DNA of 38,256 nucleotides, taken from positions 1 to 38,256 of the forward strand of contig CAYOLR010000003.1 in NCBI GenBank assembly GCA_964404815.1. The letters run 5' to 3'. This document shows positions 16,748 to 25,855 of the stretch, piece by piece. The translations under genes were made by a program, and so were the position numbers. This stretch comes from an uncultured Halobacteriales archaeon (GTDB lineage: Archaea; Halobacteriota; Halobacteria; Halobacteriales; Hikarchaeaceae). Within the stretch, counting starts at the first letter, position 1. The number at the start of each line of letters is the position of its first letter. The notes beneath the pieces were generated by a model. It was not told the DNA's origin and did no database searches. It was given only the letters and a program-made list of their open reading frames with translations.

Positions 16748-19719
16748 TTATCTGGGAACTTTCCCCGTCGTTCGTATCGGAAGACAGTAACGGCCCCCTC
16801 GTGCAGGGTGGATTTTAGCACGTGGGTACGGGTGAGCCGACGGTTGACTGACGACGGCGGCACGACGTTGTAGGTCACGAGCCAGACGGTCCGATGCCGG
16901 ATGGCGGCCGCGTGGAGCCGATCGAGGTGTTCAGGGTCGATGGAGGCCGGTTCGGGAAGAGCGTATCTGTCAGCGGGGAGAGCCCGGCCATAGAAGTCGA
17001 GGTTGTCTTCGATCCGAGGGGGCTGGACGACGAGGAGGTCGCCGGGGGCACTTTCGGCCTGGACGTGAGCCGCGACGCCGCGCCAATCCTCCTGTGATGG
17101 GGACGTCGCGTATGCGGCGGTGGTCACCGCCGACCCGACAAGGAGGACGCCCAGCAGCGCCAGCCGCCAGTGTCGTTCCGGGACGTTCACGAGGCCTCGA
17201 GCGACCAGGATGACCAATGGAATGCCGGCTGCGAGGGTATAGCGGGGAACGAAAATCGGGAGCATGAACGAAAGAATAAATGGGACGCAGACGACCGAGA
17301 GGAGGAAAATTGCGAACATGCCCGCCTGTCGACCTCCGACGAAATAATAGGTTGGCCCGTCCCCGATGTCGTACGTTAGAACCGAGAACACCAGGGCGAC
17401 GTTGAACACGAAGCTGATCGCGATGACCGCGACCAACGTCGTCTCCGAGGTGGCGAGGACCGGGTAGACATTCGGATAGCCGGCGTGGAAGAGGAGTGTT
17501 TCGCGGAACAACCCGTAACTTGGGGACGGAATCCACCTGATCGCAACGCCATTCGAGCCCATGATTGTCTCACGTAGCTGGATCAAGAGGACGACCAACC
17601 ATGGCACGAACCCAGCGAAGATGACGGCTTGGAGTCGGTACCAGCGGTCCCTGGGAACAAGCCCCGTTGTGGTGATCCATCGATACGCGTGCTGTGAGAC
17701 GAGAACGAACAGACCGAAGACGTGGGTGTACAACATGGCCAGGGTGGAAAGCGTGTAGAGAATAGTGGGTGTTCGCCCCGGTTGGGGCAGCCAGTCGAAG
17801 CACTGCTCGTCAGTCCGAAGCGCTACGTACCCGTACCAGGAGAGCCCCGCGACGAAAGTGAACAGACTGTACATCCGAATCGTCCGGCCGAAATGGATGT
17901 GGACGGTCGACACGGCGATTAGGAGGGCGGCGACGAGGCCGGTGCGGGCGTCGAACACGGATCGGCCGAACTGGAATACGACGACGATCGTCCCGAGGGA
18001 AAGGACGACCGATAACAACCGTAGCGGGGTTGGATCTGGTCCGAACACACCGAGCGTCACGCGAACCAGGAGGAAATACAACGGCGGATGGGGATCACCG
18101 GCCGCCACCAGGAGGTCCGGGAGTGGCGCCGGACCCCGACTGAGCAGCGTGAAGAACTCGTCCTCCCAAAGACTCCACCTGTCGAGAATGGCGAGGCGGA
18201 GCCCCGCGCCGATGAGCAGAATTCCGCCGATAGCGGCCCCGATGGTCCGCCGGTCGAGCGGGGCGCGGGATGGCGGCGTTTCGTTAGCGTTGGCAGCGCC
18301 GATGTGGAGGGTATCGATATGACGCCCGAGGTGTCTGGTCGGCTGCCAGCCGAGCCGTCCTCGAGCGATATCGGCGATGGCACGGCCGTCCGCGATCCAC
18401 TGGAGGAGCCAGTAAAAGGGCACACTCAATCCGACGACGGCCGCCCGACGGAGCCTGAGCGACCACCGACATTGGGAGACGGTCCAGTAACCAACGACAT
18501 ACAACCCCACCATGAAACCGGCGAAGACGAGGCTGACGAGCAGTAGGGCTTGGGCCGGCGCCGCCGGTGAACGGCCAACCAGCGTGGCGAGCCAGAAAAG
18601 CAGGATGAGGCCAGAGAGGTTGATCGGACCGAGATGAGGGAGCAGGGATTGCCAGTAGATGTGAAATTGCCGTCGAAGGCCGCGGGGCGGGGCGCGGAGG
18701 TATTGGCGGAAGGTCCACAATTTTCCCTTCTTCCAACGGATCCGCTGGGTCAACCAAGCCTGGAGGCCGATCGGGGATTCCTCCCGAGTGATCGCGTCGA
18801 GGTAGGCAAACCGGTAGCCCTCCTGCCAGAGGAAGAGCCCGAGTTCGAAGTCCTCCGTTAGGTTATTGGGGGCCCACGGAACAACAGTGGGGAGCCCCCG
18901 GGCACGTAACCACTGATGATCGCTTGGCCCCCACGGCGAGCCGTATCGGTCGAGACGGGTCTGCGCAACTGCCTCAAGGGTAGATCGGCGGAAGAAACAG
19001 GTCGTCCCGCCCAGCGGGATGGGGAATCCAACGGCCGTGAAGGCGGGGACGACGAGCCCGTACCAGAAGCCGTATTCCGCTCGAAAGAGGAGGTTGAGCC
19101 AGCCGTCACCCTCGTTGGCCATGTCCAGGTGCCCGAGCACGTAATCGGCGCCGGCCTCCTGGATGGCCGTCACTACCTCCCTGAACAGACCGGGGGCGAC
19201 GAGGTCTTCGGCATCGACGACCCCGACGATGGGACTGTCGGTGATCGAAAAGCCATAGTCGAGTGCGCGAGGTTTGGTCGGCGGTCCCGGGTAGTCGCCG
19301 GGGACGCGGTGCACCCGGATATCGTAACGGTCGACCAACGTCCAAAGACGGGTACGGGTCCGCTCGTCCTCCGGTTCGGTCAGGATATGCAAGTGCAACC
19401 TGTCCTCGGGATAAGCGGCGTCGGTGATGGCCCGAATGGCGTGTTCGATGACGTTGGCCTCCTGATAGGCCGGGAGGAGGATATCGATGTCTGGTGGGGG
19501 GTGACCGGTCGGCCCAGGCCGGTCGTCCGGGCCCCGCCGGCGCTGTAGCAGGCGGAGCAAGGCGGCCCGGACGAGGGGGGATAGCTGATAGATGTTGAGA
19601 ATGAGCCACACCGCGCCCATGCCGACGGCGATGGCGCTCACGAGCAGTCGAATTGCAGATCCTACGGACGGGAGCACGCCCATAAGTGTCGATACGGACG
19701 GTAGGACGGGGTCGACCAT
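16735..19719 (-). CDS. Bifunctional glycosyltransferase: processive-type GT2 fused to an ArnT/PMT-like GT-C domain
   Basis: LLPAYQE, TKPRAL, DAED, LTEDFELG and QRIRW (QxxRW), then SLWEDE, DPHPPLYF, LRLLSV, RMYSL, PRY and DWR with many TM helices. Start uncertain (19719 or 19785). Confidence 0.88.
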   Translation of the reverse strand: MVDPVLPSVSTLMGVLPSVGSAIRLLVSAIAVGMGAVWLILNIYQLSPLVRAALLRLLQRRRGPDDRPGPTGHPPPDIDILLPAYQEANVIEHAIRAITDAAYPEDRLHLHILTEPEDERTRTRLWTLVDRYDIRVHRVPGDYPGPPTKPRALDYGFSITDSPIVGVVDAEDLVAPGLFREVVTAIQEAGADYVLGHLDMANEGDGWLNLLFRAEYGFWYGLVVPAFTAVGFPIPLGGTTCFFRRSTLEAVAQTRLDRYGSPWGPSDHQWLRARGLPTVVPWAPNNLTEDFELGLFLWQEGYRFAYLDAITREESPIGLQAWLTQRIRWKKGKLWTFRQYLRAPPRGLRRQFHIYWQSLLPHLGPINLSGLILLFWLATLVGRSPAAPAQALLLVSLVFAGFMVGLYVVGYWTVSQCRWSLRLRRAAVVGLSVPFYWLLQWIADGRAIADIARGRLGWQPTRHLGRHIDTLHIGAANANETPPSRAPLDRRTIGAAIGGILLIGAGLRLAILDRWSLWEDEFFTLLSRGPAPLPDLLVAAGDPHPPLYFLLVRVTLGVFGPDPTPLRLLSVVLSLGTIVVVFQFGRSVFDARTGLVAALLIAVSTVHIHFGRTIRMYSLFTFVAGLSWYGYVALRTDEQCFDWLPQPGRTPTILYTLSTLAMLYTHVFGLFVLVSQHAYRWITTTGLVPRDRWYRLQAVIFAGFVPWLVVLLIQLRETIMGSNGVAIRWIPSPSYGLFRETLLFHAGYPNVYPVLATSETTLVAVIAISFVFNVALVFSVLTYDIGDGPTYYFVGGRQAGMFAIFLLSVVCVPFILSFMLPIFVPRYTLAAGIPLVILVARGLVNVPERHWRLALLGVLLVGSAVTTAAYATSPSQEDWRGVAAHVQAESAPGDLLVVQPPRIEDNLDFYGRALPADRYALPEPASIDPEHLDRLHAAAIRHRTVWLVTYNVVPPSSVNRRLTRTHVLKSTLHEGAVTVFRYERRGKFPDKIQI

Positions 19720-19823
19720 CGACTCTGCTGGCAGGTGGACCGTGGCGGCCTTAAACAACTGCCCGCTTACCGGAGTCTGGTTCACCCGAGACCCAGGTGG
19801 ATATCGCTGCGGTCAGCCGGGTA

Positions 19824-19839
19824 TTATCAAATAATGTAA
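19824..19839. promoter_or_regulatory. Palindromic site variant upstream of second membrane kinase
   Basis: TTATC AAATAA TGTAA, 13 bp from GTTAAG. Confidence 0.55.
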
Positions 19840-19881
19840 TTTCTCAGATATAGTTAAGTGACAGGACCGCGGAGCCCTCAA

Positions 19882-21018
19882 GTGATCGTGGTGCCGGAGA
19901 AGCCGTCGGTCTCGAAGCGTGAACTGAGTTACGCGTTTTTCCTATCAGCAGGTGCCCTTTTCACCGGCGTCTTGATCACCAATGGGACCTATCTGCTGCG
20001 AACGGCCCAGCCGACGGTGTCTTTGGGTGTGTTATCCGGTGTCGTCCCGAGCGTGGCCTTCGCCTCATCTCGGTGTTGGCTCCCCCGGACCCAACTCTCC
20101 GGCGAACAAATCTGGCGGGTGGCCACGTGGGGCGGGCTTGGAATCGCAGTCTTAACCGCTGTGGATGTCGGACTCGTGCTCACCCACCTCTACGCGGAGC
20201 CCGTTATCGGAGGCGGGCTGGCCAGCCTGATGGGTCAGGTCGCTGCCGGCGGGGTCATTGGGGTCTTGATCGGTACCGCCTGGGAACTGAACATGAACGT
20301 CCGTAGCGCCAAGGAACAAAACAGCGTCCTGAACCGGATCCTTCGGCACAACATCCGAAACGATGTCAACGTCATTCAGGGCTCGGCGAAGTTGATCCGC
20401 GATGGTAAGGGCGACCCGGCCAAGCATGCTGATCGAATTATGGCCCGCTCGGAGGAGCTTATGAAGGTAAGTGAACAGGTTCGGCGGATTCAGGACGCGA
20501 ACGATCCGGATAGGCTATCACCCAGCGTAATCGACGTTGCCGACGTGGTTCGAGATAGGATGGAGGTACTTCGCCGGGCACATCCGGAGGTAACCGTGGA
20601 ATCGACCGTCCCGACGCAAAGCTTGGCCTACGCTGACGGGTCCCTCGATACCGTTATTGATAATCTCCTGGAGAACGGGGTCGAGCATTCGGAGGGACCG
20701 ACTCGACTGTCGATTTCCGTCGGCCGCGACGACCGGGCCGGCTGGGTGACAGTGGACATCACCGACAACGGACCGGGGATCCCACCGGCCGAACTCGAAG
20801 TGTTGGAGAATGGCCCTGAGACCCAGCTGAATCACAGTACGGGGACCGGGCTGTGGATCGTGAAATGGTACACGGAACAGAACGACGGCCGTTTACAGAT
20901 CGATTCATCGGCGGCCGGCACCCGGGTCCGACTCGCTCTCCCGGCGGCCATTCGTCGGCCCCCGGCCGGCGGCCCGCTCGATTGGGCACGCTGGTTCGTC
21001 CGTCTAACCGGAGTTTAA
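19882..21018 (+). CDS. Membrane-bound sensor histidine kinase (paralog of 7591..8676)
   Basis: 4 TM, RILRHNIRND, NLLENGVEH, DNGPGI, GTGLWIV. Start moved to GTG 19882 or later because a TATA box (GTTAAG) lies at 19853. Confidence 0.92.
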   Translation: MIVVPEKPSVSKRELSYAFFLSAGALFTGVLITNGTYLLRTAQPTVSLGVLSGVVPSVAFASSRCWLPRTQLSGEQIWRVATWGGLGIAVLTAVDVGLVLTHLYAEPVIGGGLASLMGQVAAGGVIGVLIGTAWELNMNVRSAKEQNSVLNRILRHNIRNDVNVIQGSAKLIRDGKGDPAKHADRIMARSEELMKVSEQVRRIQDANDPDRLSPSVIDVADVVRDRMEVLRRAHPEVTVESTVPTQSLAYADGSLDTVIDNLLENGVEHSEGPTRLSISVGRDDRAGWVTVDITDNGPGIPPAELEVLENGPETQLNHSTGTGLWIVKWYTEQNDGRLQIDSSAAGTRVRLALPAAIRRPPAGGPLDWARWFVRLTGV

Positions 21019-21034
21019 TGGACGGTGCAATCGA

Positions 21035-21050
21035 TTCTCAATTTTGAATA
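21035..21050. promoter_or_regulatory. Palindromic site upstream of zinc-ribbon gene and ftsZ
   Basis: TTCTC AATTTT GAATA, 13 bp from GTTAAG. Confidence 0.6.
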
Positions 21051-21094
21051 TTTGAAACGAACCGTTAAGGGTCGGTCCGGTGAACCCAGGAGTG

Positions 21095-21328
21095 ATGTCG
21101 GCCCCTGAAGCGAAATCACACGACTCCCGCCTGGACTTCGACTCCGGCGATATCCTGGAAGTCTGTGAGGTCTGCGCCCGCGAAACCCGTCACGAGGTTC
21201 GGCTGGAAATCGCCTCAATGGCCCGTTCGGCCACCGGGACCGATCGGACCTACGCCAACGAACCCCGGCGCATTACGACGTGCCGGGTTTGTGGGATCGA
21301 GTCGAAGACCTGGATTACCCGGCAATAA
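21095..21328 (+). CDS. Small zinc-ribbon protein (CEVC...CRVC, 77 aa)
   Basis: Two CxxC motifs with ET.HEV and EP.R..TC; TATA at 21064. Confidence 0.85.
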   Translation: MSAPEAKSHDSRLDFDSGDILEVCEVCARETRHEVRLEIASMARSATGTDRTYANEPRRITTCRVCGIESKTWITRQ

Positions 21329-21420
21329 CGGACGGCCGGTTGAGCTGGTTTCGAGGCCCGGTACGTACGACGGGAGTCTGACATAAACTAATAACCCGGC
21401 GTCGCGAATCGGCGCACGTC

Positions 21421-22527
21421 ATGGACGTTGAAGTCGATGGGATGATCGAATCCATCGAACAGGAGGAACTCCGCGAACAGGCGGGTTCGGAATCGGCCGG
21501 GATTTCCGACGCCGCGTTGGAAGCGATGTTGGACGACCGAGATACACAGATCACGGTCATCGGGTGTGGCGGGGCCGGATGTAATACGGTAAACCGGATG
21601 GTCCAAGAGGGCATACACGGCGCGGACCTTGTTGCGATGAACACCGACGTTCAGGATCTCATCGAGATTTCAGCCGATGACAAGCTCCTGCTCGGTGCCG
21701 AGGAAACCCGTGGCCGGGGTGCTGGATCGCTCCCCCAGGTTGGAGAACAGGCGGCAATTGAGAGCGACAAGGCCATCAGGGATATCGTGGATGGACAGGA
21801 CCTAGTATTCGTAACCGCTGGGATGGGCGGCGGGACCGGGACTGGAGCGGCCCCTATCGTCGCCCAAGCCGCGCGGGAGGCCGGCGCGCTGACCGTCGCC
21901 ATCGTAACCATGCCGTTCACCAGCGAGGGAGAAGTTCGCCGACAGAATGCCGAAGCTGGCCTTGACCGATTGAAGGAAATCGTTGACACCGTGATTGTGG
22001 TCATGAATGACCGGCTCCTGGATGCCGTTGGTAAGGTGCCGATCAAGCAGGCCTTCAAGGTGGCTGACGAGGTATTGATGCGGTCCGTGAAAGGGATTAC
22101 CGAGTTGGTCACGACCCCCGGTATGGTGAACGTGGACTTCGCGGACGTTGAAACCGTGATGGACTCCGGGGGGGTCGCGATGATCGGATTCGGCGAAAGC
22201 GACAGCGAACACAAAGCCCGGGATGCCGTCAATAAGGCGGTCCAGTCGCCACTGTTGGACGTGGACCTCGAGGGGGCTGACGGCGCGCTCGTAAACGTAA
22301 CGGGTGGCCCGGAAATGTCTATCGACGAGGCCGAAGGGGTCGTCGAACAGATTTACGACAGGATCGATCCCGATGCGAGGATCATCTGGGGGACCGCCAT
22401 CGACGAGTCCCTCGGGCGCACCTTACGGACTATGGTCGTACTGACCGGAGTTGACTCGCCCCAAATCGCCGGGCGAGCCGAGGAAGCGACACCGGCCGAT
22501 AACGAGTCGATCGATCATATCGTGTAG
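21421..22527 (+). CDS. ftsZ: Cell division protein FtsZ, FtsZ1-like
   Basis: [27 protein letters not shown] tubulin signature, PF.SEGEVRR, T7 loop [16 protein letters not shown]; C-terminal IDHIV resembles the haloarchaeal FtsZ1 tail. Confidence 0.97.
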   Translation: MDVEVDGMIESIEQEELREQAGSESAGISDAALEAMLDDRDTQITVIGCGGAGCNTVNRMVQEGIHGADLVAMNTDVQDLIEISADDKLLLGAEETRGRGAGSLPQVGEQAAIESDKAIRDIVDGQDLVFVTAGMGGGTGTGAAPIVAQAAREAGALTVAIVTMPFTSEGEVRRQNAEAGLDRLKEIVDTVIVVMNDRLLDAVGKVPIKQAFKVADEVLMRSVKGITELVTTPGMVNVDFADVETVMDSGGVAMIGFGESDSEHKARDAVNKAVQSPLLDVDLEGADGALVNVTGGPEMSIDEAEGVVEQIYDRIDPDARIIWGTAIDESLGRTLRTMVVLTGVDSPQIAGRAEEATPADNESIDHIV

Positions 22528-22597
22528 GCGGGCCCAAACAACGAGGCAAAGCGGCCATTAATTATTAGTCGGTCGTCGGTTATCGCCGAGTCCCAGC

Positions 22598-23068
22598 ATG
22601 ACAAATGTCCCGGTCGTAGGGGAGGTCCCGCCGGCCGATGACGACGGTGTCCGGATCGGCGTCAAAGCCCTGATCCCGCGGTCTCAGACGGTGCTATTGG
22701 TCCGGGAACAGCGCACCGACGGCTCGACGTTCTGGACGCTCCCCGGTGGCGGGGTCGCACCGGCGGAGACTCGACGGGCGGGCCTCCGACGGGAGTTGGC
22801 CGAAGAACTCGATTGTCGGGTGACCGTGGGGTCGCCGCTCGCCAGGTGCGGGTACGCGCATACGTCCCTAACTTCCGTGACGACGGTCTACACGGTCTTT
22901 CGGACTCAGCTCATAACCGCCCCATCGCCGAACCCGACAGAGGGTGTTATCGATCTGACCTGGGCCGACCCGGCCTCGCCTCCCGAAGGGATGCTCGATC
23001 CATTTCGGACGGTGCTGACGCGGCTCTATGAGCCGGCCGGTACCGCCCGGGCGCGATCGTACGAGTGA
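22598..23068 (+). CDS. NUDIX hydrolase
   Basis: Nudix box WTLPGGGVAPAETRRAGLRRELAEELD. Confidence 0.9.
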   Translation: MTNVPVVGEVPPADDDGVRIGVKALIPRSQTVLLVREQRTDGSTFWTLPGGGVAPAETRRAGLRRELAEELDCRVTVGSPLARCGYAHTSLTSVTTVYTVFRTQLITAPSPNPTEGVIDLTWADPASPPEGMLDPFRTVLTRLYEPAGTARARSYE

Positions 23069-23178
23069 CGACCATCGCGCCGTCAACGGGTGGTTAAGCA
23101 CCCCCATATCGACCTAACGTCTAATTAATGATTTACCGGGTAGACGGTATTCGGCCTGTGGATCGACCGCAATCCGGG

Positions 23179-23391
23179 ATGGAGGTGGATGGACTCCGAA
23201 TCCGTCGGGGGACCTCCGTCTATCATACTCGGGAACATCGGGTGCTCTGGGTCGATAAGGTGACTGAATCCGCGGTACAGCTCAGCTCGGTCGATCGTTC
23301 CGCTGAAATCGGTCGAGAGGCGTTTACCGAGAAGATCCGTGACGGGACGCTTGTCGTCGAGGCAACGGTCGAAACCAACAAATCCCGGTGA
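23179..23391 (+). CDS. Small hypothetical beta-rich protein (70 aa)
   Basis: Plausible composition (MEVDGLRIRRGTSVYH...IRDGTLVVE), no overlap with other genes. Confidence 0.6.
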   Translation: MEVDGLRIRRGTSVYHTREHRVLWVDKVTESAVQLSSVDRSAEIGREAFTEKIRDGTLVVEATVETNKSR

Positions 23392-23593
23392 GACTGCCCA
23401 GATTGCCGACGGGCAACATCGTAGTCGACTCCAAGACCATGGGCCGGCGAACTGGTGTGAATCAGGTGCCGTCGGGGCCAACTGCTCACCACCCGACCAC
23501 ACCCGGATTATGGCCCGTGGGTCGGCTTTCCACTGACGGATGCCGGACCGACCCGGTGACGGGTTCGTACCGACTTGGGAAGACGCCAGCGCT

Positions 23594-24115
23594 TCATCCC
23601 CGAAGTCGAGAGATAACCGAACTTCCCTGGCGGTAGGTGTGATACGAGCCCGCAATGACGATGATCCCGAAGAAGAACATAGCCCAGTCGGTAACGGACA
23701 CCGCACTAAGGAGTGGCACGCCGATGGAGGCCGCAATGAGGGTAATGATGGCCAATACCCCGGTCGCGACATAGAATTCGCTCCAGGATAGGCCGTATTT
23801 CGGGACGGTCTCCAGGTACACGGTCACGTCGCTTTCGTTATCGGTGAGGGTCACCGTTTTGGCCTGTTCGTCGTAATCAATAATGTCGAGCTGGTTGAGC
23901 TTCGGGAGATGGGTTTGGTGAAGTGACACGTAAGCACTCTGACGAATATTTCTAGGGGGTGGGGTTTCGCCGGATTCGGCCTCCGCAATCCGTTCGGATA
24001 ACTCCCGGGCAGTCGCCGCGCCACCGTTGCTACGAAGCGTTTCCAGGACCAGCCGTCGACGCCGATTGCTGAGGACATCGTGAACGTCTTCCGCAGAAAG
24101 GTCGTCCGGTGACAT
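23594..24115 (-). CDS. Membrane-anchored winged-HTH protein (ArsR-like / DUF7344 type) with 2 C-terminal TM helices
   Basis: VHDVLSNRRRRLVL, ELSERIAEAE, YVSLHQTHLPKL..LDIIDYD, then two hydrophobic helices. Confidence 0.88.
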   Translation of the reverse strand: MSPDDLSAEDVHDVLSNRRRRLVLETLRSNGGAATARELSERIAEAESGETPPPRNIRQSAYVSLHQTHLPKLNQLDIIDYDEQAKTVTLTDNESDVTVYLETVPKYGLSWSEFYVATGVLAIITLIAASIGVPLLSAVSVTDWAMFFFGIIVIAGSYHTYRQGSSVISRLRG

Positions 24116-24514
24116 TGGTGGTCCTGTCCCCCCTTTTAGGCGTTCATTAAACAACGGTCGATAGTTACTTAATTATTTTCTCTCCCTCCGATGGCGCTGT
24201 TCAGCTTAGGATGACACACGTCATACGTTTCGGTCCGAATATCCGGAGATTCTCTTCCAACTAACTCATCGGAATAGAGAAATAGACGATCTCTATCGGC
24301 GTTCTTTTGTAACCGAAAGATTAGACCACCAGAATATTACTCGTGGTTTTAATTGAACAGCTCCCCCTCCGATAAATGCCGCGGACAGCTCGCAGACCCA
24401 ATTCCGGGTCGAAAGGGTAAGCACGCGTTCGTCGACCGTCGCTCGGAATGGCCGATTGCCACCGTCTGCCGGTCGGCTGACGATCGCTGAAACGTTGATA
24501 AGGATTGCGGGACG

Positions 24515-24682
24515 ATGGCCGCTGAGATGCAGTATCTTCGCCTCGAAACCGGGACGTGGCACCGTAAGTCGTGTCGACACGTCGCGAATGAGACCGACGC
24601 AGATGAGGTCCGATCTCAGCTCCCGCTGGAGGGTGAGCACTGTTCCCACTGTATTGGCGGTTTTGAGTTCGGCTCTCAGTGA
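24515..24682 (+). CDS. Unannotated 55-aa zinc-binding microprotein (WHRKSC...CSHC)
   Basis: Manual translation MAAEMQYLRLETGTWHRKSCRHVANETDADEVRSQLPLEGEHCSHCIGGFEFGSQ*; H-x3-C plus CxxC; TATA-like TTGATAA at 24495 (second ATG at 24527 may be the true start). Confidence 0.7.
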   Translation: MAAEMQYLRLETGTWHRKSCRHVANETDADEVRSQLPLEGEHCSHCIGGFEFGSQ

Positions 24683-24698
24683 TCTGGCCGGTGGTTAG

Positions 24699-25061
24699 CT
24701 TTGATTGAGGGCGGTAAGCTCCCTTCCACAGCGAGCACAGATGGCGCGAGCAAGGAGGGGATACATGGCCCTGTGGTTGTTGCCCCTTCCCCGATAGGCC
24801 TGCTCCCTCGGCGGTCGACCGGAGGGAGTAAGCCGCTCCGCCACGGTGTGTCCGACGGTGGCAACGCGACTATAAGCGTGCGGGGACTGCGTGTCCCGAG
24901 GGAGGAACCGGTAGGAGTGGGACACGCCAAACCACCCAACGAGGGACAATGCTCGTGGAGTCTGGAACCGCTGTTCCATCCGGTGTAGGTTCCGACACCA
25001 AAGCAGTAAGCCCCGGCGTCCATGGAGGTGCGAAACGCCAGCGGAGGCCGGGATGGTTCAT
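24699..25061 (+). mobile_element. Non-autonomous IS200/IS605 derivative (MITE-like, omega-RNA bearing), copy A
   Basis: TTAG then left-end GGCGGTAAGCTCCCTTCC...GGAGGGGATACA, tnpB-tail-like GTAGGAGTGGGACAC...GTGGAGTCTGGAACC, right-end hairpin CCCGGC...GCCGGG and ATGGTTCAT; collinear with 32467..32834. Confidence 0.85.
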
Positions 25062-25300
25062 ACCTCGACGATGATATGGTGCCGTACCGCCTGTATACGG
25101 TCGGCTGGACATCGGTAACGGCCATCGGTGTCGATCGATAGATCGAGTCCGTAGAGCGATTCGTCACCCTGATCGATGACCAGATCGACGACAGTGCCGG
25201 TCGTCGGTTTGATCAGGACATTCGCGATAGTTCCCAAATCGCGGCCATCGGTGCTGACCACGCGTTTATCGAGCAAGTCGGAAAGCAATGAGTCGGCCAT
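25058..25300 (-). CDS. PRC-barrel domain protein, CdpB2/CdpB3-like
   Basis: L.DKRVVSTDGRDLGTIANVLI...TG.VVDLVI...RIQAVRHHIIV matches the single-domain haloarchaeal PRC barrel pattern. Confidence 0.88.
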   Translation of the reverse strand: MADSLLSDLLDKRVVSTDGRDLGTIANVLIKPTTGTVVDLVIDQGDESLYGLDLSIDTDGRYRCPADRIQAVRHHIIVEV

Positions 25301-25400
25301 CGTGCAAGGGTTCCCCGGTATCCTGGTTAAATATGATGGCCCGAAATCGGGGCGGACTCAAATACGGTGGCCAGACGGAGCGAGGAGCGCCGAAGCCCGT

Positions 25401-25721
25401 TCAGGTGTCCGCCAACTCCGGTGGATTCGGGTGCCCGTCCGGTAGGAGGTCAGTGATGGCGTCGGCATCGATCGCGTCGGTCACCGTTTTCAGTGAGCGC
25501 TCTCTGAGGCGGATGTCATCGGCATCCGCGTCGTAGGCACGGACGTACTCCGATCGTCGGTGGGCTTCAAACGCGTGCTTAATCGCGAAGTATCCGGCTG
25601 GCACACTGTCCCCGCAAATTTGACATGTACGGTTGGGGTGGTCGGCTGCCTGATGGCGGAGGACGCGTTCAGCCGAGTCAAATTTCGCTCCACAGTTGTC
25701 AACCCCACACGTCCATGCCAT
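25401..25721 (-). CDS. Double C2H2-type zinc-finger protein (106 aa)
   Basis: CGVDNC..F.....L.H...H and CQIC...KHAFEAH, followed by EYVRAYDA. Confidence 0.85.
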   Translation of the reverse strand: MAWTCGVDNCGAKFDSAERVLRHQAADHPNRTCQICGDSVPAGYFAIKHAFEAHRRSEYVRAYDADADDIRLRERSLKTVTDAIDADAITDLLPDGHPNPPELADT

Positions 25722-25855
25722 AGTCGATACCTCGACAGGTCCGTTTGTACCTCAGCCATTACTGATTTTTATACATATATGTTTTGGCCCGAAGTAACCC
25801 GAACGTCGGATGTACGGTACCGCTACTGCGTCGTGGACCGCGGTTCGGGAACCGA

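Noticed and set aside
24701-24705. TTGAT as ISDra2-like target motif of MITE copy A
   Set aside because: Copy B lacks it; both copies share TTAG|CTT, and only the TTAG boundary restores the PRC-barrel stop codon.
24676-25167. ORFs predicted inside MITE copies A and B that resemble each other
   Set aside because: The similarity reflects the shared non-coding element; frames and strands are not conserved.
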